This document shows positions 50,620 to 64,000 of a stretch of DNA of 64,000 bases, in pieces. Location: contig NC_047023.1 of assembly GCF_902652985.1 (NCBI RefSeq), positions 24,056,001-24,120,000 on the forward strand, read 5' to 3'. Under the pieces are notes generated by a model, which worked only from the letters and a program-made list of their open reading frames with translations, did not search any database and was not told the origin of the DNA. The DNA is from Pecten maximus. Lineage: Eukaryota. The position numbers and the translations under genes were made by a program. Within the stretch, counting starts at the first letter, position 1. Every line of letters begins with the position of its first letter.

Positions 50620-53600
50620 ATTAAAGAGAAGAGCCAACCGTCCGTGATCATACATAGAGGAGCCAACCGTCCGTAATATTACAGAGATGAGCCAGTCGTC
50701 CGTAAGATTACAGAGAGGAACCAACCGTCCGTAATATAACAGAGATGAGTCAGCCGTCCGTAATATTACAGAGATGAGTCAGCCGTCCGTAATATTACAG
50801 AGATGAGCCAGCCGTCCGTAATATTACAGAGATGAGCCAGCCGTCCGTAAGATAACAGAGAGGAACCAACCGTCCGTAATATTACAGAGATGAGCCAGCC
50901 GTCCGTAATATTACAGAGATGAGTCAGCCGTCCGTAATAATACAGAGATGAGCCAGCCGTCTGTAAGATTACAGAGAGGAACCAACCGTCCGTAATATTA
51001 CAGATATGAGTCAGCCGTTCGTAATATTACAGAGATGAGCCAGCCGTCCGTAATATTACAGAGATGAGTCAGCCGTCCGTAATATTACAGAGATGAGCCA
51101 GCCGTTCGTAATATTACAGAGATGAGCCAGCCGTCTGTAATATTACAGAGATGAGCCAGCCGTCCTTAATATTACAGATATGAGTCAGCCGTCCGTAATA
51201 TTACAGAGATGAGCCAGCCGTCCGTAATATTACAGAGATGAGTCAGCCGTCCGTAATATAACAGAGATGAGCCAACCGTCCGTAATATTACAGAGATGAG
51301 TCAGCCGTCCGTAATATAACAGAGATGAGCCAGCCGTCCGTAATATAACAGAGATGAGTCAGCCGTCCGTAATATAACAGAGATGAGCCAGCCGTCCGTA
51401 ATATTACAGAGATGAGTCAGCCGTCCGTAATATTACAGAGATGAGCCAACCGTCCGTAATATTACAGAGATGAGCCAGCCGTCCGTAATATTACAGAGAT
51501 GAGCCAGCCGTCCGTAATATTACAGAGATGAGTCAGCCGTCCGTAATATTACAGAGATGAGCCAGCCGTCCTTAATATAACAGAGATGAGCCAGCCGTCC
51601 GTAATATTACAGAGATGAGCCAGCCGTCCTTAATATAACAGAGATGAGCCAGCCGTCCGTAATATTACAGAGATGAGTCAGCCGTCCGTTATATAACAGA
51701 GATGAGCCTTCTGTCCGTAATATTACAGAGATGAGTCAGCCGTCCGTAATATTACAGAGATGAGCCTGCCGTCCGTAATATTACAGAGATGAGTCAGCCG
51801 TCCGTAATATTACAGAGATGAGCCAACCGTCCGTAATATTACAGAGATGAGTCAGCCGTCTGTAACATTACAGAGATGAGCCAGCCGTCCGTAATATTAC
51901 AGAGATGAGCCAGCCGTCTGTAAGATTACAGAGATGAGCCAGCCGTCCGTTATATTACAGATATGAACCAGCCGTCCGTAATATTACAGAGATGAGCCAG
52001 CCGTCCGTAATATTACAGAGATGAGTCAGCCGTCCGTAATATTACAGAGATGAGCCAGCCGTCCGTAAGATTACAAAGATGAGCCAGCCGTCTGTAATAT
52101 TACAGAGATGAGCCAGCCGTCCGTAATATTACAGAGATGAGCCAGCCGTCCGTAATATAACAGAGATGAGCCAGCCGTCCGTTATATAACAGAGATGAGC
52201 CAGCCGTCCGTAAGATAACAGAGATGAGCCAGCCGTCCGTAATATTACAGAGATGAGCCAGCCGTCCGTAATATTACAGAGATGAGCCAGCCGTCCGTTA
52301 TATAACAGAGATGAGCCAGCCGTCCGTAATATAACAGAGATGAGCCAGCCGTCTGTAATATTACAGAGATGAGCCAGCCGTCCGTAAGATTACAGAGATG
52401 AGCCAGCCGTCCTTAATATAACAGAGATGAGCCAGCCGTCCGTAATATTACAGAGATGAGTCAGCCGTCCGTAATATTACAGAGATGAGCCAGCCGTCTG
52501 TAATATTACAGAGATGAGACAGCCGTCTGTAATATTACAGAGATGAGCCAGTCGTCCGTAATATTACAGAGATGAGTCAGCCGTCCGTAATATTACAGAG
52601 ATGAGTCAGTCGTCCGTAATATTACAGAGATGAGCCAGCCGTCCGTAATATTACAGAGATGAGTCAGCCGTCCGTAAGATTACAGAGATGAGCCAGCCGT
52701 CCGTAATATTACAGAGATGAGCCAGCCGTCCGTAATATTACAGAGATGAGCCAGCCGTCTGTAATATTACAGAGATGAGCCAGCCGTCTGTAATATAACA
52801 GAGATGAGTCAGCCGTCCGTAAGATTACAGAGATGAGCCAGCCGTCCGTAATATAACAGAGATGAGCCAGCCGTCCGTAATATTACAGAGATGAGCCAGC
52901 CGTCCGTAATATTACAGAGATGAGCCAGCCGTCCGTAATATTACAGAGATGAGCCAGCCGTCCGTAATATTACAGAGATGAGCCAGCCGTCTGTAATATT
53001 ACAGAGATGAGTCAGCCGTCCGTAAGATTACAGAGATGAGCCAGCCGTCCTTAATATAACAGAGATGAGCCAGCCGTCCGTAATATTACAGAGATGAGTC
53101 AGCCGTCCGTAATATTACAGAGATGAGTCAGCCGTCCGTAAGATTACAGAGATGAGCCAGCCGTCCTTAATATAACAGAGATGAGCCAGCCGTCCGTAAT
53201 ATTACAGAGATGAGCCAGCCGTCCGTAATATTACAGATATGAGTCAGCCGTCCGTAATATTACAGAGATGAGCCAGCCGTCCGTAATATTACAGAGATGA
53301 GTCAGCCGTCCGTAAGATTACAGAGATGAGCCAGCCGTCCTTAATATAACAGAGATGAGCCAGCCGTCCGTAATATTACAGATATGAGTCAGCCGTCCGT
53401 AAGATTACAGAGATGAGTCAGCCGTCCGTAAGATTACAGAGATGAGCCAGCCGTCCGTAATATAACAGAGATGAGTCAGCCGTCCGTTATATAACAGAGA
53501 TGAGTCAGCCGTCCGTAATATTACAGAGATGAGTCAGCCGTCCGTAAGATTACAGAGATGAGTCAGCCGTCCGTAAGATTACAGAGATGAGTCAGCCGTC

Positions 53601-54747
53601 CGTAAGATTACAGAGATGAGCCAGCCGTCCTTAATATAACAGAGATGAGCCAGCCGTCCTTAATATAACAGAGATGAGCCAGCCGTCCGTAAGATTACAG
53701 AGATGAGTCAGCCGTCCGTAATATTACAGAGATGAGTCAGCCGTCCGTAAGATTACAGAGATGAGCCAGCCGTCCGTAATATTACAGAGATGAGCCAGCC
53801 GTCCGTAATATTACAGAGATGAGTCAGCCGTCCGTAAGATTACAGAGATGAGCCAGCCGTCCTTAATATAACAGAAATGAGCCAGCCGTCCTTAATATAA
53901 CAGAGATGAGCCAGCCGTCCGTAATATTACAGAGATGAGTCAGCCGTCCGTAATATTACAGAGATGAGTCAGCCGTCCGTAAGATTACAGAGATGAGCCA
54001 GCCGTCCGTAAGATTACAGAGATGAGCCAGCCGTCCGTAATATTACAGAGAGGAACCAACCGTCCGTAAGATTACAGAGATGAGCCAGCCGTCTGTAATA
54101 TTACAGAGATGAGCCAGTCGTCCGTAATATTACAGAGATGAGCCAGCCGTCCTTAATATAACAGAGATGAGCCTGCCGTCCGTAATATTACAGAGATGAG
54201 CCAGCCGTCTGTAATATTACAGAGATGAGCCAGTCGTCCGTAATATTACAGAGATGAGCCAGCCGTCCGTAATATTACAGAGATGAGTCAGCCGTCCGTA
54301 ATATTACAGAGATGAGCCAGCCGTCCGTAATATTACAGAGATGAGTCAGTCGTCCGTAATATTACAGAGATGAGTCAGCCGTCCGTAATATTACAGAGAT
54401 GAGCCAGCCGTCTGTAATATTACAGAGATGAGTCAGCCGTCCGTAATATTACAGATATGAACCAGCCGTCCGTAATATTACAGAGATGAGCCAGCCGTCC
54501 GTAATATTACAGAGATGAGTCAGCCGTCCGTAATATTACAGAGATGAGCCAGCCGTCCGTAAGATTACAAAGATGAGCCAGCCGTCTGTAATATTACAGA
54601 GATGAGCCAGCCGTCTGTAATATTACAGAGATGAGCCAGCCGTCCGTAATATTACAGAGCTGAGCCAGCCGTCTGCAATATTACAGAGATGAACCAGCCG
54701 TCCGTAATATTGCAGAAGGGAGCCTTCTGTCCGTAATATTGCAGGGA
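50620..54747. repeat. 29-bp satellite, main array (~140 copies)
   Basis: Unit TTACAGAGATGAGCCAGCCGTCCGTAATA with a few recurrent single-base variants. Confidence 0.98.
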
Positions 54748-55094
54748 TAATTTCTAGTATCGGTTTTTCTGTCTATATTATATATAGTGTAGAACATAAA
54801 AAGACACTTCAGAGACAGGATTATTGACTGAGTTCGTGGAGTTAATACTTTAATTACAATAAATATTATAATGGATTCCACAGTATGTTTGTTTGGTTGT
54901 TTGTTTGTTAGGTCAATCGCCTTGTGAACAGTCCGTTAGATTTCTCGTTATAAACCGATGGTGATCTCGTTATAACCCGATAATTATCTGATGTTATTAC
55001 ATATCATCCATGCACGTGATTTAAACAATCCTTATACTTTATTTCGAATTTCGATAGGTCGTCCTTAAATCGTCATATTTGACTCGTCATGGCA

Positions 55095-55710
55095 TCCTTT
55101 CATGAACCTCTACTGTCATTCTCTCGTGCGTCTCTTTTGTCATCCCCTCGTGAGTCTCTTCTGTCACCTCCTCGCGAGTTTCTTCTGTCATCTCCTCGTG
55201 AGTCTCTACTGTCACCTCCTCGTGAGTCTCTACTGTCACCTCCTCGTGAGTCTCTTCTGACACCTCCTCGTGAGTCTCTACTGTCACCTCCTCGTGAGTC
55301 TCTACTGTCATCTCCTCGTGAGTCTCTACTGTCACCTCCTCGTGAGTCTCTTCTGACACCTCCTCGTGAGTCTCTTCTGACACCTCCTCGTGAGTCTCTA
55401 CTGTCACCTCCTCGCGAGTCTCTTCTGACACCTCCTCGTGAGTCTCTTCTGACACCTCCTCGTGAGTCTCGTCTGACACCTCCTCGTGAGTTTCTTCTGT
55501 CACCTCCTCGTGAGTTTCTTCTGTCACCTCCTCGTGAGTTTCTTCTGACACCTCCTCGTGAGTCTCTACTGTCACCTCCTCGTGAGTCTCTTCTGACACC
55601 TCCTCGTGAGTCTCGTCTGACACCTCGTGAGTTTATTCTGTCACCTCCTCGTGAGTTTCTTCTGTCACCACCTCGTGAGTTTCAACTGTCACCATCTCGT
55701 GAGTTTCTTC
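55095..55710. repeat. 24-bp minisatellite, about 25 copies
   Basis: Unit CCTCCTCGTGAGTCTCTACTGTCA; stop-free in frames on both strands. Confidence 0.96.
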
Positions 55711-55859
55711 GAGTAAACTGTAGCACAAGCGCCTGTGATCAGTAGTAGTGACGTACTTTTGTCCGATATCAAGCAGTCCTCTTTACCTGACTCAGTATAA
55801 TACAATATTTATGATAGGTTTAGTATACTTCCGGTATACAGTAGTTTAGGGTTTGATAC

Positions 55860-56800
55860 TGACTTTTTGAATTAAAGAATAATTCTTGGTTGAGCCAGTG
55901 TTTGACTGGTTCATTTTTGTACAAGTAACATAAGATGCTGCGGCAATATGACCTGGCAATTTATTCAATATAGATACGTATCTGATTGAAAACAAGTTCA
56001 TAGGGCGTTTTGGGTATATTGTTTAGATTGTCCCCCGGAGTTGTGTCTATCAGCGGCATCTCTCCAAAATATGACAGCACTGCAGCATCCCTTGTCATAC
56101 ATTCCATTTATTAGCTTGTATAGCGTACAATCATGTCGCCCCTAGTTCTTCTTTAAGCTAGCGTTTCAGTTCTTCTAATCTCTGAACGTTAAATTCATCA
56201 TTCCTGGAAGGCATTTGGTTGCCCTCCGTTGAGCCCCCTCTATATGATCATATTGATAAGTAGATCTGGAGCCCAAATAGGGCTGGTATAGTCCAGTTTG
56301 GATCTAATAGGTTAATGTTCATCAACTGAAATACATGTTTTGTTCTCAGTAGAGCAAACATTGAATATACCTTTTTCACGTTCGCCGAGATATGGTCTTT
56401 GAATGTTGAATTTGAATCAATTATTACTTCTATACGTTTCTCTTCTCTCGATGTCTGCAATGGTTTAAGAATGTGACAATTCATTGCGATTTTTGTTTTC
56501 GAATCCTATTATCATGGTTTGTTTTGTTTAACGTCCTATTAACAGTCAGGGTCATTTAAGGACGTGCCAGGTTTTGGAGGCGGAAGAAAGCCGGAGTACC
56601 CGGAGAAAAACCACCGGCCTACGGTCAGTACCAGGTAACTGCCCCATGTAGGTTTCGAACTCGCAACCCAGAGATGGAAGGCTAGCGTTAAAGTGCCGGG
56701 ACACCTTAACAACTCGGCCACCGCGGCCTCTATTATCATGTGCTTGCACTTTTCCGGATGCATTCTCAATAGCCAAGTGTTGCTACAATCGTGCATAGTA
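55860..56800 (-). mobile_element. CR1-group LINE relic (3' part of ORF2), interrupted by a SINE
   Basis: Fragments WLLRMHPEKCKHM, EEKRIEVIIDSNSTFKDHISANVKKVYSMFALLR, QRRATKCLPG, RTRGDMI and LNKLP follow the conserved order of the CR1/L2 RT C-terminus. Confidence 0.8.
56517..56729 (-). mobile_element. Intact tRNA-derived SINE with target-site duplication
   Basis: Minus strand: A-box GTGGCCGAGTTG, B-box GAGTTCGAAACC, core GGTGGTTTTTCTCCGGGTACTCCGGCTTTC, tail TAAACAAAACAAAC; flanked by direct repeat CTATTATCATG (56506-56516 and 56730-56740). Confidence 0.92.
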
Positions 56801-58361
56801 TCAAATATCAAGGTCTTTCTTGAGTCCAGTATTATCAGCATTGCTTTTAAATAAATCTAAATATTGTGGTATAGTTGGAAAATAGAAACATTTCTGACTG
56901 TACATATCCTTGAAGATCTGGAGAAAAGACGAAATTTAAAGTTTATTAATTTTCGTCTTTTCGCCGAGTCGAGAATTAAGATATCTACATGTACATATAA
57001 TGTTCGCATCCTCGGAAAGTCACGCATCAGCCACCCTAATTTATCATAATATGTTCCTTTACTATGGATTTTAGGATCTTGCATACAAGTGATGTTACAC
57101 TACCTGGCCGATCGTTACATGTACCTGGGTCACACTTGTCACCTTTCTTAAAAATTGGACATTCTCTAGCGTTTCTCTATTCATCTGATAGTGTTCCAGT
57201 CGAAGGTGATAGGCCCGGAGACTTCTGATTTTAGGTTTTTACTGTCTGACTACCTCTTCCCCTCTTTTATGCAAAAGCATAGTTTCCTCAGTTAATTCTC
57301 TCTTTTTTTGCAGTGGAGGCACAATTCCTGTCGTTTCCTTCAGAAATACATTAGTGACATATTTACGTAGTACTTCTGCCCTCCCCCTTTCATCATTCCT
57401 CTCTCTCTATTCTTAGAAAGGTTCCGGGTATATTTTTTTCTGTCAAATGAGATGGCGGCTTTGGGCAGGTATCAGTTGCCGTCGGCGTTAGAAACAAAAA
57501 TAAATGAGTATTACAGGAAAAGGATTCTAAGAAAGCAAGGGCAATGATTAGGGAGTCTTTCCGGATCTTATTGTAGTCAACAGACCGTGATAATGTATTT
57601 GAAAGCTTCGATGTTTCCACATTAGACAGTCGATTTGATGGATTGTATGTTGGAGTATACTTCTGATTGTAGAAATGTCCAAACACGTTTATATTTATTA
57701 AGGTCGGTATATTCAATAAAATAAAAACGATAACTATTTTGTTATATTTATATTCTTACAGTATATTAAAAAAAATAATAACCTTATTATGGACACACAT
57801 GATTTCCCACCCTCTTGTCGTTATGTCACCCCATAATTTACAATAACCGCGCACGTGGCTGTAGGCCGTGAGCCGTAGCAAAGGACACATCCTCTGGGGT
57901 CCTGGGGTTTTATTACATTTATTGGACGACTATTTTACCAGACTTATGTCTTGGAAGGTAAAGTATATTAATACTTACAGAATAATATTATATTGATATT
58001 GTATCTGTCGGCTAATTGACTTGTATTTGATTTCATGAGTTTTTCATTTGTTAAATGTACGTCTCCGGTTTAGAAAGTTTAAGAACCAACAGGATGATAG
58101 ACACCGTTAAGTTGTCTTTTTCACCCTGTGACATAAATCAATATCTAGTTAATTGTACGATGTTGTGTTGAGGTTCATATCATATGCTTATACTATCAAT
58201 TGCAATATGATTCAGGCGCACTCTTATAGAGAAAATGGGCAATAGGTGGTGTACTGTATCATGCAGATTTTGGTCAGGAGATGAAAATAATGCAATATAT
58301 ATAGATATATAATGCAATTTACTAAGGATTGATTGTCAATTGTGTTGCTTCCATGAACTGA

Positions 58362-58441
58362 TGAAGGGAGGTGAACCTCGTGCAATGAAGTGAACTGCGA
58401 AGCAGTTCATGTGCAATTTGCACGAGGTTCACTTCCTTTCA
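58362..58441 (+). repeat. Long hairpin capped by GC-GAA-GC
   Basis: TGAAGGGAGGTGAACCTCGTGCAA ... TGAACTGC GAA GCAGTTCA ... TTGCACGAGGTTCACTTCCTTTCA. Confidence 0.85.
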
Positions 58442-59600
58442 CAAAATGAATGTCCATTCAAGTCTTAGGCGGTACAAAACTAGATTGCCAATGCAAATAG
58501 TGAATGTATCCACACGCCGGCAAAAAGTTAATCGTCTCTCAGAACAGAAGCGCGTGACCTTTATTGGGAAATGAATTAATCTGAGTTTACTGGTTTCATT
58601 AAGGAGGAGCGAAGAGGGAATGTAAGTATTACGTAATGCTTACCTAATGTTATGTAAAAATGTTTTTCATAGGTACATTGTTATCTATATATACCATTTA
58701 AGGTATATTATGATAATTCCATGCCCTTGTCTTAATTACGTAATTCACTTCTGTGCAGGACGGGTCTATTGCATGCAGCCTATCCGTCGGACATCCCGCT
58801 ATACACCAAACAAATATAAATCTTTAAAGGCTAGGTATTGCGATGATTACATTGTACTTAGAACGACCGCTAAAGCTAAGGTGAATGTTTTAACTTATCT
58901 ACTACTTTACATATTCCGGTCGAGGACGAGGACGTTACAACCGTTTATTGTTCCCTACTGCCACATTGATTCCTGGTAGCAGCCTCACTGTGAATCGTTC
59001 TGGCATTTAAGACGAATTCAAATCAGCGTGATGGACTGTTAAGAAAATGTAAGACGGCGTACGAATTGTTTTGATTTAATCAACTCGTTGGTTAGCAGTC
59101 TCGAGACATAACCAAGGGAGCTATTTAAATAACACAATAACATTAAAAAATATATTAAACGAGATTTAAGAATTTCCCACAAATGAAAAAAACCAAAAAC
59201 AGCTTACGATGAGGGTAGAATTTATAAAATTAACTGGTTTGGTATCGCCTCAGTTGGGTTCAGATATTTTAAAACTTCAATGACTAGAGTTAAGGATGTA
59301 CATGTAAAAATGAATACTGCTGTCATGTTAATCTCACATTATGTACAAGGTTTCTGGTTTCCCCAGACACAAATGTAAAAACGGAAACTTGCAATATTCC
59401 CCTTACTATGGTGGCCGATGTTTGCCATTTCTTAATTTCGTGATTTCTCTCAGCTATTTTTTTTTTTTTTTTTTTGCAGCGCCATAACGAAATAAATGAA
59501 GTCAAAGTTTAACGACCTGAAACATTTTGCTCTACTGATTATCGCATTTCGCCTGGTAAGTCATCGTTATTTCAACTCGCAGGTACCGTAGGTATAATCT

Positions 59601-59674
59601 GGGTGGTCAGACGGAACATTGGTAACACTCTAGGCGGCGGGGGTTCGATTCCCCGATAGGACGCGAATAGGTAT
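59601..59674 (+). mobile_element. SINE head (same family as 24003), split by a later insertion; resumes at 60137
   Basis: GGGTGGTC...CTAGGCGGC...GGTTCGATTCCC B-box; continuation AGGTATGGGGTCAC at 60137 matches AGGTATGGAGTCAC in the 24003 copy. Confidence 0.65.
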
Positions 59675-60136
59675 ATGTACATGTATGTGGTTTTAGTGTA
59701 TCACTTGTGCTGTCCTTGCCGGAAAAGATTTGCCACTTGATCTGACTTAACACTAATATAATGATGATAGATATTTGTGTGATTGAGTATAAGTATTTGA
59801 GTTCAAATGTATTATATTTGTAAATATGCATGTGTATGTTAGTTTGTGTACTACTTTAATGATGTCTTGTGACTACAAAGTTATAAACTATCGTGCATCT
59901 ATTATTTTCCTTTAGTCCATTTTTAAAATACCATGATCCCTCTCTCTTTCACTCTCCTTCTTCCTCTTTTCTCATCCAATAATATTATACAATGTACATA
60001 GTTATTAATTTCTTTAGCCATCTTATGATGTATACATAAGTGTAATAATATTATTAGGAACGGGCGTTTACAATGTTCTTATTACTTGTGCCGGTCCTTT
60101 TGCTGGTCCTTATTGGCAATAAATATGTTTAAAGTA
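59675..60136 (+). mobile_element. 5'-truncated LINE 3'-UTR insertion (CR1-like tail)
   Basis: Flanked by AGGTAT direct repeats; ends CAATAAATATGTTTAAAGTA, similar to the tail near 61630-61660. Confidence 0.55.
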
Positions 60137-61539
60137 AGGTATGGGGTCACTTACCTTTGGTTTTTATCCGAGTGCCACGCTTTCTAACCAAATTAAGGCA
60201 CTATTATTGTAAATGCAGTATAGTTTGTATAAGTACTACTATCCACAACAGGTGCAGCCCTGATGGTTCTATAGTCAAACATTGTATGTCACCACGTAAT
60301 AAGCGTTTGTTCCTGAAATGATCATCATCCTTTTCGAAGCCCTTTCACTCTTTCTCTTTCTTTCCCCTGCACATTATATATATATATTGCACATATAAAA
60401 TTGTCAGCACTGTTTCATTAGCTATCTATAAACACAAGGAGACGAATTTACATAAGTACTTGTTCCTGAATCCTTCATGATGTCAACAATATGTAAAATA
60501 AATAAAGTTTGTATATTCTACATAATATGATATTTACCATTTTACACAGCAGTTTTTATTTATTTATCGTATTTATTAAAACAACCTTTACGTTATTGTA
60601 TATATGTTTGATAGTTATTCTCTTTCACAATACATGTTAAGGCGTCCCATTTTGTGTTAAAGTTTTAAAGAAACCAGATGTCATGTTTGATGTTCAAATC
60701 TTACGAATCTGTACAAGAGAAATGTTTTATCTCCACAAGATTGAAGACATTGTTTCCAAGCGTCTATAAGACTAGGTCGTAAAGATTGTGTCGATCTGAT
60801 GAGTAATATGTTCATTTCATCCGTACACTGTTCTATTGTTATCAACGACACCCAGTGGATTTAGTTTACAACTTTCCGATTCTTCTAAAAGGTCCCACTT
60901 TTTCTGTATGCTTCAATTTAACAAACTGATTTGATATCTATGGAAATATTGATGGTTTTGTTGTACTGAAGGAGGTTAAAACAATAACAGCGGTCCCTTT
61001 GAGTGAGCTATCTGTTTGGGGCGCTATTTTGATATATTGATGTTAAAAGGTTCCTGATTTCGACTAGACATTGATGAGATCTATCAAAATCAAAGATGGC
61101 GTTATCAACGGCGCCATCTTATTTCAAAAATTAAGTAAGGCTGCGTAAAAGACAGATATAGTTTATAAATGTCGATTGTGTATATCTTAAAACAAAGTCT
61201 ATCAGAAAAAAGACAAACATCTTCGGATTAAAATGTTGTTGTTGTTTTTTTGAAAAATGTCATGATTAAGAGAAAGCGCATACGTCCACAACTTTAACTA
61301 ATGTGAATTAAGGTTGGGGAGGTTTTTTAATGGTAAGTAATTAAAATCTTTAACTTGACCCGAGTGTCACCAATGTTCTCACAGAATGTATGTTCTTTAG
61401 TTTAATTGTCATTGTGAAGTATCGGACTATTATACCTCCACATCAAGATTTTGATATATCTTTCGACCTATATTCGTTGTTTTCGGTCGTCTCCTAGCTA
61501 TCAACATATTATACCATTTGATTTACTGAACAACGAAAC

Positions 61540-61660
61540 AAATAAGGAAAGGAATTAGTAAAAGCTTTTAGCTTGTTTTCCAATCCTATATGTATATATG
61601 GTTTGTATTGTGATGTGTGTACTTTGATGTAAATAAAATTATTGTTTAAACTAAACTAAA
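61540..61660 (+). mobile_element. Short LINE 3'-end fragment (CR1-like tail)
   Basis: Ends AATAAAATTATTGTTTAAACTAAACTAAA, a polyA signal followed by short tandem (CTAAA)n. Confidence 0.45.
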
Positions 61661-64000
61661 TATATGAGCCAGTTTGATTAATGCTTGACAATACTGTCTC
61701 TTAGTCTCAACCTGTATCTAAATGTGGATATATCTTGTCTTTTGTTCAATCTTTGTTTTTTTCAATCATAACTTACCGGGATATTTCCCAAAGTGAAAAT
61801 CGCTATCATAAGATTACCGCTGACATTTGTCCATTTACAGGAATATAACCTCGAGCTTACCTCCCTCCACATTGAACACACTTTCAGGACACGTGATCGA
61901 TATAGACAGTTATTCATTTATTTTTTTAAAGAAGAAAATTAGCTATATTAATTGATTTACGAGTTATTCTGAGATTGGATACAGGCCGCAAGGATATTTA
62001 TAAAATATGATTTGAAACTAAAAATATTGAATTAAATCGTATAGTTCTCCATGTACACAGTATAACATGAATCGTAGTGATGATCATACTATACACAGGA
62101 GCTTTGTTTTGAGATGTAGTAAGAAATGCGACACGCTGTGTTAAATATTCTCTACGGTGTAATAGACACTATTTTTTGTGGATTTACTTTTTTCGAAAAG
62201 ATAAATAAAGAAATAATACAATCACTCTGTTCATCTGACTAATGTACACGACGAAATGCAAGATTGCAAGGCGACGAAAAGACATCGGTATGTGTACCCA
62301 ATACACGGGAAATGAGATCTCGCGAATGTTGTTGTATCCTTGTTTTTACGTGCCACGGTTTCCCTAAATGAAATGAAATATGCTATTCTATGTACATGTA
62401 TAAGTAATGGTGTACGTCAATGTCACAGTAGCTATAGTTATAAACAAAACAACCCGCTGTATCATAAGCTAGCCGTAAAGTGGGGTTTCTAGCAATGCTC
62501 ATTTTCCATTGGCCTGCCTAAAATTGTTTTATCCTTAGAGGCCACTCACCGATACATTGTTCTGTTTCATCAAACTTGGTTTCCTTGGCTATACACTAGA
62601 CCCAAATTGATTGATGATGCTCTTGCCTAATTAACCAATTACGCAACTAAATATAAATCACTCAACTAAGAACGGAGATTGTCACATAACAAAAAAAAAT
62701 GTTTATGTTTTAACGAAATAGGAAAGTTTGAACCATGTAATAAATACCAAAATATAAAACAGAAATTATACCACCGATGATATATATTTTTGAAATTTTT
62801 TTGTCTAAAAATTTTTTTTGGTGAACAGATGACACCTTGAATGTCTTCCATATTCAGTCCATTCAAAAGTATTTAGCTTATAGAATGTTTTATCACTTAC
62901 GCTAACTCTGCCTAAAGATCAAAACTTTACCATTTGGCTTTGATGTATGTCAACCCCAAAGACTTGTTGAACGATAGTGGGCATAACATACCGCCCTGAT
63001 ACACTCAAAACCTTAATATACAAATGTGCCTTTCCTTAAAGGTATTGACGACACGTGTAGGCCAAGTCCTTGAACGATCATCGCTTTTAATTATAATTAG
63101 AACGTTTAATATATGGTCGATAGTGACTAGACTAATCTAGAAATAGTATACCCCATATACCCTAATCTCATCGTTCTTTTGATATTACATTTTTCTTTAG
63201 TTGAATAGCCTCTATGTCTATAATTTGAAATACTAAAGCACTTCTATCCTATTTATAAAATCGCGTCTGTCGGAGACTTTAAACACCTATCACAGCACCG
63301 TTATCACCATGAGAGATAGTATGTAGATGCGGGTTGTAAAGTTATCTTAAGGATAGACATTTAAACCAAGAAATCTACTAAAAACGTAAGACCTCCCCAG
63401 CGCAATTAGTTGCTTGATGTTTTAAAAGCAGATGACAATAACTTAACTAAGAGATTTGTATGTGTGAGAAGGGTTTAAAGAATTAACAGACACGAAAGCC
63501 GCAACCCAAAGATTAAAACGTTGGTGTTGATTATTATCCATATCTATCATACATGTATCTAATTTATGACCACCCTTTCCACGCCAAATGCACACTGTGT
63601 ATGTAAAGTAAACTCGACCATCATGCCTAAGCGCGCGAAACAACAACTCATCTTTCATCACAAACTTGTCATTGGTCCTCACGTATTTTTTTTAAAGATA
63701 TTAAACCTAACAATACAATTATCAACGATGAAGGGGAAATGTAAACTTCCTAGCTACCTTACAGATAAAGGGGAATCATCTATGACATTTTGGATATATC
63801 ACATATGCTATCAAAGCAGGAGTCTTCCTTTATTCTGCGTCTCTCCTCTCTGGGAGATGCAGATTGTAAAGTCTGAACAAGCTGGAAAAGAACACAGTTT
63901 CTCACATGTTCGTCCTCTATTGACACTGGTATATACACTCTAAACCACGGGGATGCAGAACTAGTGTTCAACTCATTTTAATATGTCAGTATGGAGTATA

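Noticed and set aside
50620-54747. CRISPR-like appearance of 29-bp repeats
   Set aside because: Units are head-to-tail with no unique spacers, no cas genes, and the context is eukaryotic.
55087-55745. Overlapping 178-aa and 218-aa ORFs on both strands (EEVTVETH / SPPRESLL)
   Set aside because: Products of a stop-free 24-bp tandem unit; ORFs end where the repeat ends.

Overview
AT-rich, repeat-dense eukaryotic (animal) genomic DNA; the repeat content suggests a mollusc, probably a bivalve (inference). One protein-coding gene can be assembled by hand on the + strand: a lachesin/DIP/IgLON-like cell-adhesion protein with three Ig domains and a hydrophobic, GPI-signal-like C-terminus. Its exons are 20078-20190, 31464-31668, 34911-35060, 35825-35953, 37074-37367, 38130-38300 and 39007-39128; all introns are GT-AG and phase-compatible. 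The signal-peptide exon was not identified with confidence. The rest is minisatellites (24-50 bp units), tRNA-derived SINEs, MITEs and decayed Penelope, Hero, CR1, Tc1 and DIRS-like relics. Most notable: (1) a 50-bp tandem array built from copies of the gene's own intron/exon junction, giving five extra 3' splice sites that would yield truncated one-Ig products; (2) sequence-unrelated hairpin-ended elements sharing a strand-specific DNA-structure signature (tandem GA/GA mismatches plus cGNAg triloops); (3) two alternative hydrophobic C-termini; (4) a minimal hammerhead ribozyme with one core mutation. Almost all ORFs in the supplied track are spurious.
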